The notes: a model not told the origin generated them from the sequence alone. A stretch of 64,000 bases of DNA from Candidatus Kapaibacterium sp. (GCA_963665665.1 OY762428.1:3488001-3552000), one strand, 5' to 3'. Positions 1-10,492 are shown, counted from the first letter of the stretch. A program made the numbers and translations.

Positions 1-787
1 TAATTGGCCCTTCCAGTAAAAGCCGGGATGCAATAAGGCTTACTCCGCCGGAACCGGAAATTTTTTCTTTAGTACCTTCCTTCATATTCAGGTCTATCAC
101 GCTGGAAATCCTGCCACCGTATTCAGCCGGAAAAGCTCCTTTGATCAATCGTACATCGCGAATAGCATCGCCGTTGAAAGTACTTAGAAATCCTCCGAGA
201 TGAGACGGGTTATACACTATTACCCCGTCAAGAAGTGTAAGGTTCTGGTCCGGGGAGCCTCCCCTGATGTATAAACCACTTGATAATTCAGTTGACTGAG
301 AAATACCGGGCAAAAGCTGCAAAGCCCGGAAAACATCATTTTCACCGCCAATTGACGGCATTTTCATAAGGAATTCCGGTTTAACGTTTACGGTGCTAAT
401 TGTTTTGGCGGAGCCTGTTTCACGATCTGCTGTTACTTCAACTTCTTCGGTTTTGATATCTTTTTGGTTTAATTCAATATCAAGCCTTATTGAACTACTG
501 TCGATGAATTCGATTGATTTCTGGTATTGGCCAAATCCGATAGAACTAACTTTCAGAAAGTATTTGCCGACAGGTATATTCTGTACTGAATAAAATCCGA
601 ACTTATTGGAATATGCTCCTCTGAATGGTGTGTTGCTATCGGGTTTATACAGGGCTACGGTTGCTCCTGTAATAGCTTCTCCGGATTTTTTGTCGCTTAC
701 CTTACCGTTAAGAATTGTAGTTTCGGATGCAATACTAATATCAAAAATCAAATAAAAAATTGCTATGCAAATTAATAATACCCTCAT
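1..787 (-). CDS. TonB-dependent receptor, 5' part (runs off window start)
   Basis: ATG at 787; translation MRVLLICIAIFYLIFDISIASETTILNGKVSDKKSGEAITGATVAL... gives signal peptide plus carboxypeptidase-regulatory-like domain, then plug motifs (LQLLPGI, GLYIRGGSPDQNL, FPAEYGGRISSV). Confidence 0.85.
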   Translation of the reverse strand, partial: MRVLLICIAIFYLIFDISIASETTILNGKVSDKKSGEAITGATVALYKPDSNTPFRGAYSNKFGFYSVQNIPVGKYFLKVSSIGFGQYQKSIEFIDSSSIRLDIELNQKDIKTEEVEVTADRETGSAKTISTVNVKPEFLMKMPSIGGENDVFRALQLLPGISQSTELSSGLYIRGGSPDQNLTLLDGVIVYNPSHLGGFLSTFNGDAIRDVRLIKGAFPAEYGGRISSVIDLNMKEGTKEKISGSGGVSLIASRLLLEGPI

Positions 788-822
788 TGAACCTCCGGGC
801 AATAATGTAGAAAAAGTAATTA

Positions 823-2712
823 CTATTTATTTGGTAAAGAAATCTCAAATACAGAACCATGACCGGGGCTGCTGCTTACTTTAATATTGCCGCCCTGTTT
901 CCTTATAAAATCATAGCAGATCAATAGTCCGAGCCCGGTTCCGCTTTCATTATTGGTTCCCGGGGTGGATTTGTTTTTATCGATAACAAACAGCATAGAA
1001 ATTTGTTCGCTATCCATACCTATACCGGTATCAGAAATAATAATTTTCAGATGCTCTTCGCTGATATCAGAACTCAGAACAATTTTTCCGCCAGGGTTTG
1101 TGAATTTAATGGAATTAGATATAATGTTCCTGATAGCTGTCATTGTTAAGTTCACATCAATATTTATCTTTTCATTGAGAGAAATATTGTTATCAATTTT
1201 AATTTTTTTGTTATTAGCCTGCAATTTCAAAACTTCCACAGAATTGGAAACAAAGGAAGCCAGGTCTGTTTCTTCAATGTTCACTTCAATAATCCCTCTT
1301 TGCGAACGAGACCAAAGCAGCAGGTTTTCCAGGAGGTCATAAATGTTGTTTACTGATTCATGGAACATATCAATAAATTCGCGCTTGTCTTTTTCACTAA
1401 GCTCATTATAATCATTTGAAAGCATTTCGCTGCCAAGCTTCAGCCCTCCGAGCGGCCCGCGAAGGTCGTGCGCAATAATCGAGAAGAATTTATCCTTGGT
1501 TGCATTTAATTTGTTCAGTTCATCATTCTGATCAATAATTTTATTATTCTTTTCAATAATTTCATCATTGTTCTTTTTCAGAAGTTTATGTTTCCTGAAT
1601 TGCAGAATTGTAAGTACTAAAGAAAAAAGTATTATGGTAGAGAACAGAGCTGTAATATATGTGGTACGTGTTTTTTCAGCTTCAATTTCGTTTTGTTTTC
1701 GTTCCAGTTCATATTTTGCCTGTAGTTCAAGCATAATGTCCTGTTTCTGGTGGAAAAATTTATCTGTTTTCATATCAAGCGTTCGGCTGGCAAAATAGTA
1801 TGCGGAATCATATCTTTTCAGGCTGTCGTAGCACATGGTTAGAAATGAAGCTACTCCGTCGCCGTATATATCAAGGTCGTTTTCTTCAATAAAATCGAAA
1901 TTAAGCCGGCCATAATGGATTGCTTTATAAATTTTTCCCTGCATTCGGTACATATTTACAATATTATTAAGCACCATTGAATAATTATATATTTTATTAT
2001 TTTCGTCGATCAGGTTGAAAGCGTTGAATAAATGTTTTTCTGCCAGATCAAATTCCTGCCTTGATGAATAACAACTGCCGATTATATTATTCAGGCTGAG
2101 AGTGAGCTGTATGTTGTCTTCGGGGCTGAAAAGAGCCAAAGCTTTTTTCGCGTATTTTATTACTTTTAATGTGTTATCTTCATCCGGGATTTCAAAATAT
2201 ACAGCTGCATATCTGTCGTAAGTTTTGGCCAGCATCATTGAATCTTTCAATGATATGAAAAGTTTTTCGGCTTTTTTAAGCGATTTCAGGGCCAGGTCAT
2301 AATCCAGAGATGCTCTGTACGCCTCACCCAAAGCTCTGTAAATCATGGCTGTTTCAAATTTCATATCATTATCGATATAAAATTTCAGTGCTTTCTGGAA
2401 GTAATTGATCGATTGGTAGAAGTTACTTCTGATTTTCCAGTAAGTTCCGTATAAGGTGTTTATGTCTGCAATTTTTTCATGTTTATCGAATTTTTCAGCC
2501 AGTTTCAAGGCTGCATCAATTTCATTTATTGCTGTTTTATCAAGATTACCGTTTTTAATATCGGCCATTTCAATAAGCAAATCAATTTTCTTTTCAATTA
2601 TCGTGGTTCTGTTGAATTCATTTTCCAGTTCTTCAACAGTTTTTGTATCCGCAATTGAACCCGAATACATGAAAAAAATAATAATCCCGATTAAATAATA
2701 TGACTTTGCCAA
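823..2712 (-). CDS. TPR-containing membrane sensor histidine kinase
   Basis: N-terminal hydrophobic segment, TPR-like helices, TM, H-box FSIIAHDLRGPL, N-box NIISNSIKFT, G1 DTGIGM, G2 GTGLGL. Confidence 0.9.
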   Translation of the reverse strand: MAKSYYLIGIIIFFMYSGSIADTKTVEELENEFNRTTIIEKKIDLLIEMADIKNGNLDKTAINEIDAALKLAEKFDKHEKIADINTLYGTYWKIRSNFYQSINYFQKALKFYIDNDMKFETAMIYRALGEAYRASLDYDLALKSLKKAEKLFISLKDSMMLAKTYDRYAAVYFEIPDEDNTLKVIKYAKKALALFSPEDNIQLTLSLNNIIGSCYSSRQEFDLAEKHLFNAFNLIDENNKIYNYSMVLNNIVNMYRMQGKIYKAIHYGRLNFDFIEENDLDIYGDGVASFLTMCYDSLKRYDSAYYFASRTLDMKTDKFFHQKQDIMLELQAKYELERKQNEIEAEKTRTTYITALFSTIILFSLVLTILQFRKHKLLKKNNDEIIEKNNKIIDQNDELNKLNATKDKFFSIIAHDLRGPLGGLKLGSEMLSNDYNELSEKDKREFIDMFHESVNNIYDLLENLLLWSRSQRGIIEVNIEETDLASFVSNSVEVLKLQANNKKIKIDNNISLNEKINIDVNLTMTAIRNIISNSIKFTNPGGKIVLSSDISEEHLKIIISDTGIGMDSEQISMLFVIDKNKSTPGTNNESGTGLGLLICYDFIRKQGGNIKVSSSPGHGSVFEISLPNK

Positions 2713-2957
2713 ACTAATGAAATGCTCCCTATTGCTTAGACAAATAAAAGTATAGTTTATGGTGTTTATTAATCTATACTTCTTCTCTAATAAAATAAGA
2801 AAAAAATATGTAATAATATTAATTTTTCTTTTTTTTGCTACTTTTTTTTCTTTTTGTTAACAACCTGGAAATTGTGGATAACTTTCACTCTCCTTTCTAT
2901 TTCTTTTTTTATCAATTGCTTACCGGATTGCATTTTTTCACTTTTCCAACAAAGTTT

Positions 2958-3803
2958 TCAATTAACGAACCGCTGTTCGTTCATATATTTTTCAGCCGGA
3001 ATCTGGTATTCAATTCCTGCGTGCGGCCTCGTGTTGTTATACCAATCGACATAAGCCTTTATACCGCCATAGAGCTCTTTTCCGTCTTCGTAAGACTTCA
3101 GATACAGGTCTTCGTATTTAAAGCTGCGCCAGAAGCGTTCTATGTAAACATTGTCCAGTGCACGGCCTTTGCCGTCCATGCTTACCTTAACATCAGCATC
3201 CAGAATCGTTTTCACAAAATCATTGCTCGTGAACTGACTGCCCTGATCCGTGTTTGTTATTTCCGGTTTCCTGGTTTTCAAAGACCTTTTTATTGTATCT
3301 ATGCAGAACTCCTTCTCAAGGTTATTCGATAATTCCCAGTCGACGATATACCTGCTATAAACATCTATAATTGCTATAAGATACATAAATCCTTTACGCA
3401 TCGGAATATATGTTATATCCAGGCTCCAAACCTGATCCGGACGACTTATTTTCATATCCCTCAACAGGTATGGATAAATTTTGTGCTCCTTGTTCGGTTT
3501 GCTCGTGTCCGGTTGGGGATATATTGCCCGAAGTCCCAATAATTTCATTAATCGCCTGATTCGTTTATAGTTAACATGGTATCCCAAAGAACGTAAGTGT
3601 GCTGTCATTTTTCTGGCTCCATAAAATGGAGTAATCGCGAATTGTTCTTTGATCAGCTTCATATATAGAATATTTGCTTCACTTTCACCCTTGGGTTTGT
3701 AATAATAACAGCTCCTGCTAATACCCAAAAGCTCGCACTGCCGGCTTATGCTAATTTCTTTATTATCAGCATCTACCATATTTCTACGCTCTTTTTTACT
3801 CAC
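2958..3803 (-). CDS. IS3 transposase OrfB (DDE integrase core)
   Basis: WSLDITYI, IIDVYSR, NTDQGSQF, IERFWRSFKYE, YNNTRPH motifs. Confidence 0.95.
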   Translation of the reverse strand: MSKKERRNMVDADNKEISISRQCELLGISRSCYYYKPKGESEANILYMKLIKEQFAITPFYGARKMTAHLRSLGYHVNYKRIRRLMKLLGLRAIYPQPDTSKPNKEHKIYPYLLRDMKISRPDQVWSLDITYIPMRKGFMYLIAIIDVYSRYIVDWELSNNLEKEFCIDTIKRSLKTRKPEITNTDQGSQFTSNDFVKTILDADVKVSMDGKGRALDNVYIERFWRSFKYEDLYLKSYEDGKELYGGIKAYVDWYNNTRPHAGIEYQIPAEKYMNEQRFVN

Positions 3804-4083
3804 GTCCCAATTTTTTTTTTAACCAGTCTAATTCAATTTTTAGCCGGCCTATTTCTTCATATAATACTGATTCGTCTTTTTCTTTTTTATTCTTCCCTGG
3901 CCCACGCTTGTTTTCAAATACTTCCTTTTCACTTTCTTTTAAATGCTTTTTCCACATGCTTATCTGGTTTGGATGAACCCCGTACTCCGATGCCAGCTCG
4001 GTTATTGTTTTTCTCTCTTGGACTGCCTCCAGGGCTACCTGCATTTTGAATTTTGAACTGTAATTTCTTCGTTTGTTTGCCAT
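3796..4083 (-). CDS. IS3 transposase OrfA (HTH); A10 run at 3811-3820 is the likely -1 frameshift site
   Basis: RRNYSSKFKMQVALEA...ELASEYGVHPNQISMWKK...LKIELDWLKKK; overlaps orfB in the -1 frame. Confidence 0.93.
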   Translation of the reverse strand: MANKRRNYSSKFKMQVALEAVQERKTITELASEYGVHPNQISMWKKHLKESEKEVFENKRGPGKNKKEKDESVLYEEIGRLKIELDWLKKKLGRE

Positions 4084-4295
4084 TTGATGCTCCTTTTGAT
4101 TTTTTGCAAGTTAAGAATATCTTATCTTAATTCGCTGTTATTTTTGAAGGAAGCCGCTCATAATGCCTGATTTTTAAATACCAATAAATCTAAGATAATA
4201 AATTCCTGACTCATAATTTTATATTTTATTTTTCCTGTATATAATTGTTTTGCAGGATAATATTATATGCGGACTGTTAAGAAAAATATAAAATA

Positions 4296-4400
4296 TTAAC
4301 ACTATCTTAACACAAAAAATGCCATATATTTTATTTGCCTTTTAAACCCAATAAAATTAATTAATTAGGTTTGTTCTTGCCCTTTAACTTAAGATTAACA
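4296..4400 (+). promoter_or_regulatory. Two pairs of 11-bp-spaced TTAAC(A/T) direct repeats (OmpR/PhoB-type boxes)
   Basis: TTAACA at 4296 and 4307; TTAACT at 4384 and TTAACA at 4395; upstream of the TBDR start at 4483. Confidence 0.5.
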
Positions 4401-4482
4401 TCTCCTTTATCCCTAATTCACCCTCATAAAGCAATTTTGTACTGATGTAAAAATAAGTTTTTTAAACAATGTTTTTCGAGGA

Positions 4483-7365
4483 ATGACAATGACTAAGAAA
4501 ATCAAAAAAATCGGCTTCATCCTTACCATCTTCAGCATAATAACGGTGCTGACCGGGATTGAAGTTTTTGCTCAGAAGGGCGGTACGGAAAAAGGAATAA
4601 TTGAGGGTAAAGTTGTTGATGATAAAACGGGCGATCCGCTTATCGGAGCTCGTATAATGATAAAAGGCACAAAAAGAGGCGGCCTGAGTAAATACGACGG
4701 TTCCTATATTATTCGTAAAGTTGATGCCGGAGAATATACATTACAATTCACTTACGTTGGTTATTCAAAAGCTGAAGTAACCAATGTAGTTGTTAAAGCT
4801 GGTAAAACTACAAAAATTGATCTCTCGCTTAAAGAAGAATCAATCACATCCGACGAAGTAGTTGTTACAGCTAAAAGAGTTCAGGAAACCGGCGCGGCAC
4901 TTCTCAAAGAAAGGCAGAAAGCTGAATCAGTTTCCGATGCTATTGGCGCGGAAGAAATCTCACGCAGTGGCGGAAGTGATGCTGCCGATGCCATTAAGCA
5001 GGTAACAGGCGCTACTACTGTTGGCGGAAAATATGTGTTTATCCGCGGCCTTGGCGATCGTTACAGTTCAACTCAGCTGAACGGAGCAAACCTTCCGAGT
5101 GCTGATCCTGATAAAAAAGCTGTTCACCTTGATCTTTTCCCGACAAATCTTATTGAAAATATTACGACCATAAAAACTGCCACACCTGATAAACCTGGTG
5201 ATTTCACGGGTGGTACTGTTGATATAAAAACAAAATCCTTCCCTGACAAATTCCGTATGGGATTTTCAGCATCTTCATCGTATAATACAAATACAACTGG
5301 CGCTGATATGCTCAGCTACGCAGGCGGCGGAACAGACTGGCTTGCTATTGAAGATGGTACAAGAGATGTACCGTCAGATATTAGAAATGCCGATATTCCT
5401 TCGATTACAGATGCCCGAAGGGACAGGGATGCTGCTATGGAACTTGACAGGCTGTCAAATGCTTTCAATCCTCTGTTTGCACCGACAAATGAAATAGCCC
5501 CTGTTAACGGCGGTTTCTCTTTCAATGTTGGTGATAACATGATGGACGGTAAGCTTGGGTATCTTGCAAGCCTTAGCTACGGACGCAATTACAAATCTTA
5601 CGACAATGGTAAAATTGCAAATTATTCTCAGCCCGGAACTGAATCAAAAGAACTTGATGCTGAATATGATGCTACCCAGGTAGAAGGCATTTACGAAGTT
5701 GCATGGGGAGCAATGGCGAACATGGCATACAACTTCGATCAGAACAATGATATTTCCTTCAACTTCATATACAACAGAAGCGGTGAATCAAAATCTGTTT
5801 ACCAGGATGGCTACAGAAGATACTACGGTATAGATATGGAAACAAGAATTCTGAGCTATATCGAGAGAAGTATTTCTTCCTACCAGCTTGCAGGTGAACA
5901 TAATTTTGCTTCAATGCTTGGAAGCAAACTCGACTGGCAGGTTTCCCTGAGTGATAATATGCAGAATCAGCCTGACTTCAGAACATTCGATAATGTTTAC
6001 GAATGGGAAGAAGATGAAGAAGGCAACATGTACAAACAGTATAAACTGAATACCAGTGATAATAATGCCGTTCCTTCAAGGTATTACAGAGACCTGACAG
6101 AAGATCTTTACGGAGCAAAATGGAATCTCGAAATTCCGCTTAAAGACGTTTTCGATACTCCGCTTGATTTCAAAACAGGTATGCTTTTCAATATGAAAGA
6201 TCGTTCCTTCGCAGAAAGCAGATATGTTTTTGAGCAGGACAGGCAGACTTATTCTCTGAAATATAACGGCGACCCGAATTCCTTTATGGCTGATTCAACA
6301 GGCCTTCGCGATTGGGCAAGCCAGGGAGCTTTCAACTATTTCGGAAATTACCTTGTAGACTGGACTTCACCTGCCGGATCTTATACAGGTGAGCAGACAA
6401 TTATGGCCGGTTATGGTATGATTGACTGGTATGCAACCGATGAATTCAGGGTTGTAGGTGGCGTTCGTTATGAAACAACAGATATTGAAACAATAAGTAA
6501 AGACACTACAAAAGCTAAAGGTATTATTGACGAACAGGATGTATTGCCTTCAGTTAACTTAACATATATGCTTACTGAAAAAATGAATATAAGGGCTGCT
6601 TACGGAAAAACGATTGCGCGCCCTACATTCAGGGAGATTGCTCCTTATAATTCGGAAATGCCGATTGAACATAAAAAATTCTTAGGAAATCCTGATCTTG
6701 AAAGAACAATCATCGACAACGTTGATCTTAGGTGGGAATGGTTCGTAAATCCCGGTGAAATCCTTTCAGTTGGCGGTTTCTACAAGAGAATGGAAAATCC
6801 AATAGAGCTTGCTTATGTAAATGCAAATAATAATATCCAACCCAGGAATGTTGATGAAGCAATTATCTACGGCCTTGAGTTTGAATTCAGAAAACAACTT
6901 GATTTTGTTGACTTTCTGAAAGATGTCAGCTTTGGTATGAACCTTACACTTGTTCAGTCACAGGTTGATATTCCGGAATTCGAACTTCTGCAGCGCAGAG
7001 CTTTTGATGAAAATGCTGAATCAACAAGGGAACTTCAGGGACAGAGTCCTTATATCGTAAACCTCGACCTCTCGTATGCAAATTATGAATCAGGTACGGA
7101 TGCCAACATTCACTTCAACGTGTTTGGCAAAAGGCTTTCAGAGGTTGGCGATGGATCACCGGATTATTACGAATATCCGAAACCGGACCTGAATATTGTA
7201 TTCTCACAGAAATTCTTCGACAATTTCAAAGCTAAATTGAGCGTGAAGAATGTTCTTGATGCCAAAAACTACAAAGCTGTTGAGTTCCTTGGCAGAGAAT
7301 ATGTTTCCGAGCAATACCTCCTGGGCAGGACAATTTCACTAAGTTTATCATATTCATTAAACTAA
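4483..7365 (+). CDS. TonB-dependent outer-membrane receptor
   Basis: Signal peptide, CarboxypepD_reg-like domain, EVVVTA, plug (IRGLGDRYSSTQLNG), beta-barrel with C-terminal LSLSYSLN. Confidence 0.93.
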   Translation: MTMTKKIKKIGFILTIFSIITVLTGIEVFAQKGGTEKGIIEGKVVDDKTGDPLIGARIMIKGTKRGGLSKYDGSYIIRKVDAGEYTLQFTYVGYSKAEVTNVVVKAGKTTKIDLSLKEESITSDEVVVTAKRVQETGAALLKERQKAESVSDAIGAEEISRSGGSDAADAIKQVTGATTVGGKYVFIRGLGDRYSSTQLNGANLPSADPDKKAVHLDLFPTNLIENITTIKTATPDKPGDFTGGTVDIKTKSFPDKFRMGFSASSSYNTNTTGADMLSYAGGGTDWLAIEDGTRDVPSDIRNADIPSITDARRDRDAAMELDRLSNAFNPLFAPTNEIAPVNGGFSFNVGDNMMDGKLGYLASLSYGRNYKSYDNGKIANYSQPGTESKELDAEYDATQVEGIYEVAWGAMANMAYNFDQNNDISFNFIYNRSGESKSVYQDGYRRYYGIDMETRILSYIERSISSYQLAGEHNFASMLGSKLDWQVSLSDNMQNQPDFRTFDNVYEWEEDEEGNMYKQYKLNTSDNNAVPSRYYRDLTEDLYGAKWNLEIPLKDVFDTPLDFKTGMLFNMKDRSFAESRYVFEQDRQTYSLKYNGDPNSFMADSTGLRDWASQGAFNYFGNYLVDWTSPAGSYTGEQTIMAGYGMIDWYATDEFRVVGGVRYETTDIETISKDTTKAKGIIDEQDVLPSVNLTYMLTEKMNIRAAYGKTIARPTFREIAPYNSEMPIEHKKFLGNPDLERTIIDNVDLRWEWFVNPGEILSVGGFYKRMENPIELAYVNANNNIQPRNVDEAIIYGLEFEFRKQLDFVDFLKDVSFGMNLTLVQSQVDIPEFELLQRRAFDENAESTRELQGQSPYIVNLDLSYANYESGTDANIHFNVFGKRLSEVGDGSPDYYEYPKPDLNIVFSQKFFDNFKAKLSVKNVLDAKNYKAVEFLGREYVSEQYLLGRTISLSLSYSLN

Positions 7366-7372
7366 TAGATAT

Positions 7373-10300
7373 ATGTCTTTTAAAGAATTAATTATCCGGA
7401 GGATTTTTTTGATGAAAATCAAATTGTTTACCGCATTGTTCGCGATGATTGTTTTATCGCTGAATTTGACAGCAGCCGAAGTTTCAGTATTTGATGCTGA
7501 TATCAACTCGGGTGACAAGACTTACTGGACTAATGACAACGTATACGTACTTGAAGAAATGGTCTTCGTTGAAGACGGAGCAGAACTTTACATTCAGGAA
7601 GGTACAGTCATTAAAGGTAAAGAAGGACAAAAAGAAGATTCTAAAGCCCTGGTTATCTGCCGCGGCGCTAAAATCTTTGCTGAAGGTACTCCTAACAAAC
7701 CGATTATCTTCACTGCTTACGCTGATGACCCCTATTCAATGACTGATCTTCCGCTTACGGAAACAGGCCTTTGGGGCGGCGTTATCATTCTTGGTAAGTC
7801 CGTTACAAACAATACATCAGGCGAGAAAAATATCGAAGGTATCGATGAAAACGAGCCTCGCGGTAAATATGGTGTTGCAGACGGGGAAGGCGACCCGCAT
7901 GATAACTCAGGTGTTGTTCGCTACGTTTCAATCCGTCACGGCGGAACAGATATTGGCGACGGTAACGAAATCAACGGCCTTTCACTTGGCGCTGTTGGCG
8001 ACGGTACTACTATCGAATACGTTGAAGTATGGTACAACAAAGATGACGGTTTCGAATTCTTTGGCGGAACTGTAAACGCACGTTACCTTGTATCTGCTTA
8101 TAACGGCGATGATTCTTTTGATTATGACGAAGGTTTCAACGGTAAAGGCCAGTTCTGGTTCTCAATCCAGGCAGAAAACCGCGGTGGAAACGCCGGTGAA
8201 CATGATGGCGGTAACAAACCTGATGATTCTGAACCTTATGCACGTCCTGAAATTTATAACGTAACTTATATCGGTTCAGGTTTGAATTCAGAAAATACAG
8301 GCAAAGACGGATCAAAAGGTTTCCTTATCCGCGACAATGCCGGTGGAAAATACTACAACTCAATCTTCATGGATACTCCTGACCTTGGCCTTGAAGTAGA
8401 AGACCTTGAATCAGGACACGATTCACGCGAAAGACTTGAAACAGGCGATCTCGTGTTTAATAATAACATCTGGTGGAATGTTGGCGGCGAAACAACAACA
8501 GTTGAAACAATCAGCCCGGATGCAGAAAAATATTCACAGGATTTTGTAAGGTCATACCTTGCAGATGCTAATAACAATAACTGGATTGTTGATCCTCAGA
8601 TTATGAGCATCAGCAGGAATATTGCTAATCCTGATGGTGGACTTGATCCACGCCCTGCTTATGGCAGCCCTGCATTTACAAATGCTACAGCTCCTGTTCC
8701 AACCAACGGATTCTTTGAAGCAGCTGATTACATTGGCGCTTTTGGCCCCGGTAATCTTTGGATTGACCACTGGACTCTTCTTTCTCAGTCTGGTATCATG
8801 AAAGAACTTCGCAAAACAGAAGTTTCTGTATCTGATGCTGATATCAATGCCGGCGATATGGTAACATGGACTTCAGACAATGTTTACGTTCTGGATGACA
8901 TGGTATTTGTTGAAGAAGGCGCTACACTGACAATCGAGCCCGGAACAGTTATAAAAGGAAAAGACGGACAGAAAGAAGATTCAAAAGCATTGGTTATCTG
9001 CCGCGGTGCAAAGATCATGGCTGAAGGTACACCCGTACAGCCTATCATCTTTACTGCTTATGCTGACGATCCTTATTCAGTAACTGACCTTCCTTTAACT
9101 GAAACAGGCCTTTGGGGCGGCGTTCTTATTCTTGGTAAATCTATAACAAACAACGTTTCAGGCGAAAAGAATATCGAAGGTATCGATGAAAACGAACCTC
9201 GCGGAAAATATGGCGTAGCAGACGGAGCCGGCGATCCTCATGATAACTCCGGCGTATTCAAATATTGCCAGATCCGCCATGGTGGTACAGACATCGGTGA
9301 CGGTAACGAAATTAACGGCCTTTCAATGGGTGCTGTCGGCGACGGTACAGTTATTGAAAATGTTGAAGTTTGGTACAACAAAGATGACGGTTTCGAATTC
9401 TTTGGCGGTACAGTAAATACACGCTTCCTCGTTTCTGCTTTCAACGGCGATGATTCATTTGATTATGATGAAGGTTTCAGTGGCAAAGGCCAGTTCTGGT
9501 TCTCAATCCAGGCAGCCAACCGCGGTGGAAACGCCGGCGAACACGATGGTGGAAATAAACCGGATGACGCAACACCTTATGCAATTCCTTATGTATATAA
9601 TGTAACATATATCGGTTCCGGTGTAAACTCAGAAAATACAGGTAAAGACGGTTCCAAAATCTTCCTTCTTCGCGACAATGCTGGTGGTAAATACTTCAAT
9701 AATATCTTCATGGATACACCTGACCTTGGTGCTGATATCGAAGACCTTGAATCAGGCCACGATTCACGCGAAAGGCTCGAACAGGGAGACCTTAAGCTTC
9801 AGGGTAATATCTGGTGGCACATTGGCAGCGAAACAACAACTGTTGAAACAATCAGCCCGGATGCTGAAAAATATACTCAGGATTTTGTAAGGGAATATCT
9901 CTCAAATGCTGATAACAAAAACGTAATTGTTGATCCTAAACTTTATGGAATCAGCAGAAATGTTGTTACTCCTGACGGCGGACTTGATCCCAGGCCTATG
10001 ATGGAAAGCCCCGCATGGACAGCTGACAGAATGCCCGTTTACGGCGTAAATAATACATTCTTTGCTGTTGCTGAATACAATGGCGCTTTTGGACATTACA
10101 ACTGGCTCAGCGACTGGACATTCCTTTCACAGGCAGGCGTTACAGGCGGTATGGCCGGACGCAACCCGATGATTGAACTTGCAACAGGCGTTGACGAACC
10201 AACATCAGTTGAAGAACAGCCAATCGAAAACAATGGCGAAAACGGAATCAGCAACTATCCCAACCCCTTCGAAGAAACTACTGAAATTCAGTTCTACGTT

Positions 10301-10492
10301 TCAGAATACTCAAACGTAAAAGTTACAGTATTCAACTCAATGGGCCAGGAAGTTGAAACACTTGTTAACAAAACTCTTGCACCGGGCCTTTACGGAGCAA
10401 AATGGACAGTTAACAATCTTCCGGCAGGCGCTTACATAGTAAGAATGGTTAACGGTAACACAGTTAAAACACACAAGATCATTCTTAAATAA
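7373..10492 (+). CDS. T9SS-secreted protein with two tandem ~447-aa Asp/Gly-rich (beta-helix-like) domains; likely start 7412
   Basis: Internal duplication with 1341-bp period (7478 vs 8819); C-terminal NYPNPF...GAYIVRM...KIILK T9SS type A sorting domain. Confidence 0.85.
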   Translation: MSFKELIIRRIFLMKIKLFTALFAMIVLSLNLTAAEVSVFDADINSGDKTYWTNDNVYVLEEMVFVEDGAELYIQEGTVIKGKEGQKEDSKALVICRGAKIFAEGTPNKPIIFTAYADDPYSMTDLPLTETGLWGGVIILGKSVTNNTSGEKNIEGIDENEPRGKYGVADGEGDPHDNSGVVRYVSIRHGGTDIGDGNEINGLSLGAVGDGTTIEYVEVWYNKDDGFEFFGGTVNARYLVSAYNGDDSFDYDEGFNGKGQFWFSIQAENRGGNAGEHDGGNKPDDSEPYARPEIYNVTYIGSGLNSENTGKDGSKGFLIRDNAGGKYYNSIFMDTPDLGLEVEDLESGHDSRERLETGDLVFNNNIWWNVGGETTTVETISPDAEKYSQDFVRSYLADANNNNWIVDPQIMSISRNIANPDGGLDPRPAYGSPAFTNATAPVPTNGFFEAADYIGAFGPGNLWIDHWTLLSQSGIMKELRKTEVSVSDADINAGDMVTWTSDNVYVLDDMVFVEEGATLTIEPGTVIKGKDGQKEDSKALVICRGAKIMAEGTPVQPIIFTAYADDPYSVTDLPLTETGLWGGVLILGKSITNNVSGEKNIEGIDENEPRGKYGVADGAGDPHDNSGVFKYCQIRHGGTDIGDGNEINGLSMGAVGDGTVIENVEVWYNKDDGFEFFGGTVNTRFLVSAFNGDDSFDYDEGFSGKGQFWFSIQAANRGGNAGEHDGGNKPDDATPYAIPYVYNVTYIGSGVNSENTGKDGSKIFLLRDNAGGKYFNNIFMDTPDLGADIEDLESGHDSRERLEQGDLKLQGNIWWHIGSETTTVETISPDAEKYTQDFVREYLSNADNKNVIVDPKLYGISRNVVTPDGGLDPRPMMESPAWTADRMPVYGVNNTFFAVAEYNGAFGHYNWLSDWTFLSQAGVTGGMAGRNPMIELATGVDEPTSVEEQPIENNGENGISNYPNPFEETTEIQFYVSEYSNVKVTVFNSMGQEVETLVNKTLAPGLYGAKWTVNNLPAGAYIVRMVNGNTVKTHKIILK

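Larger units (their letters stand above)
2718..4160 (-). mobile_element. IS3-family insertion sequence (1443 bp) with imperfect 25-bp terminal IRs and 3-bp TAA target duplication
   Basis: Ends TGAAATGCTCCCTATTGCTTAGACA (2718) and revcomp TGAGCGGCTTCCTTCAAAAATAACA (4160); TG..CA termini; TAA at 2715-2717 and 4161-4163; orfA/orfB inside. Confidence 0.88.
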
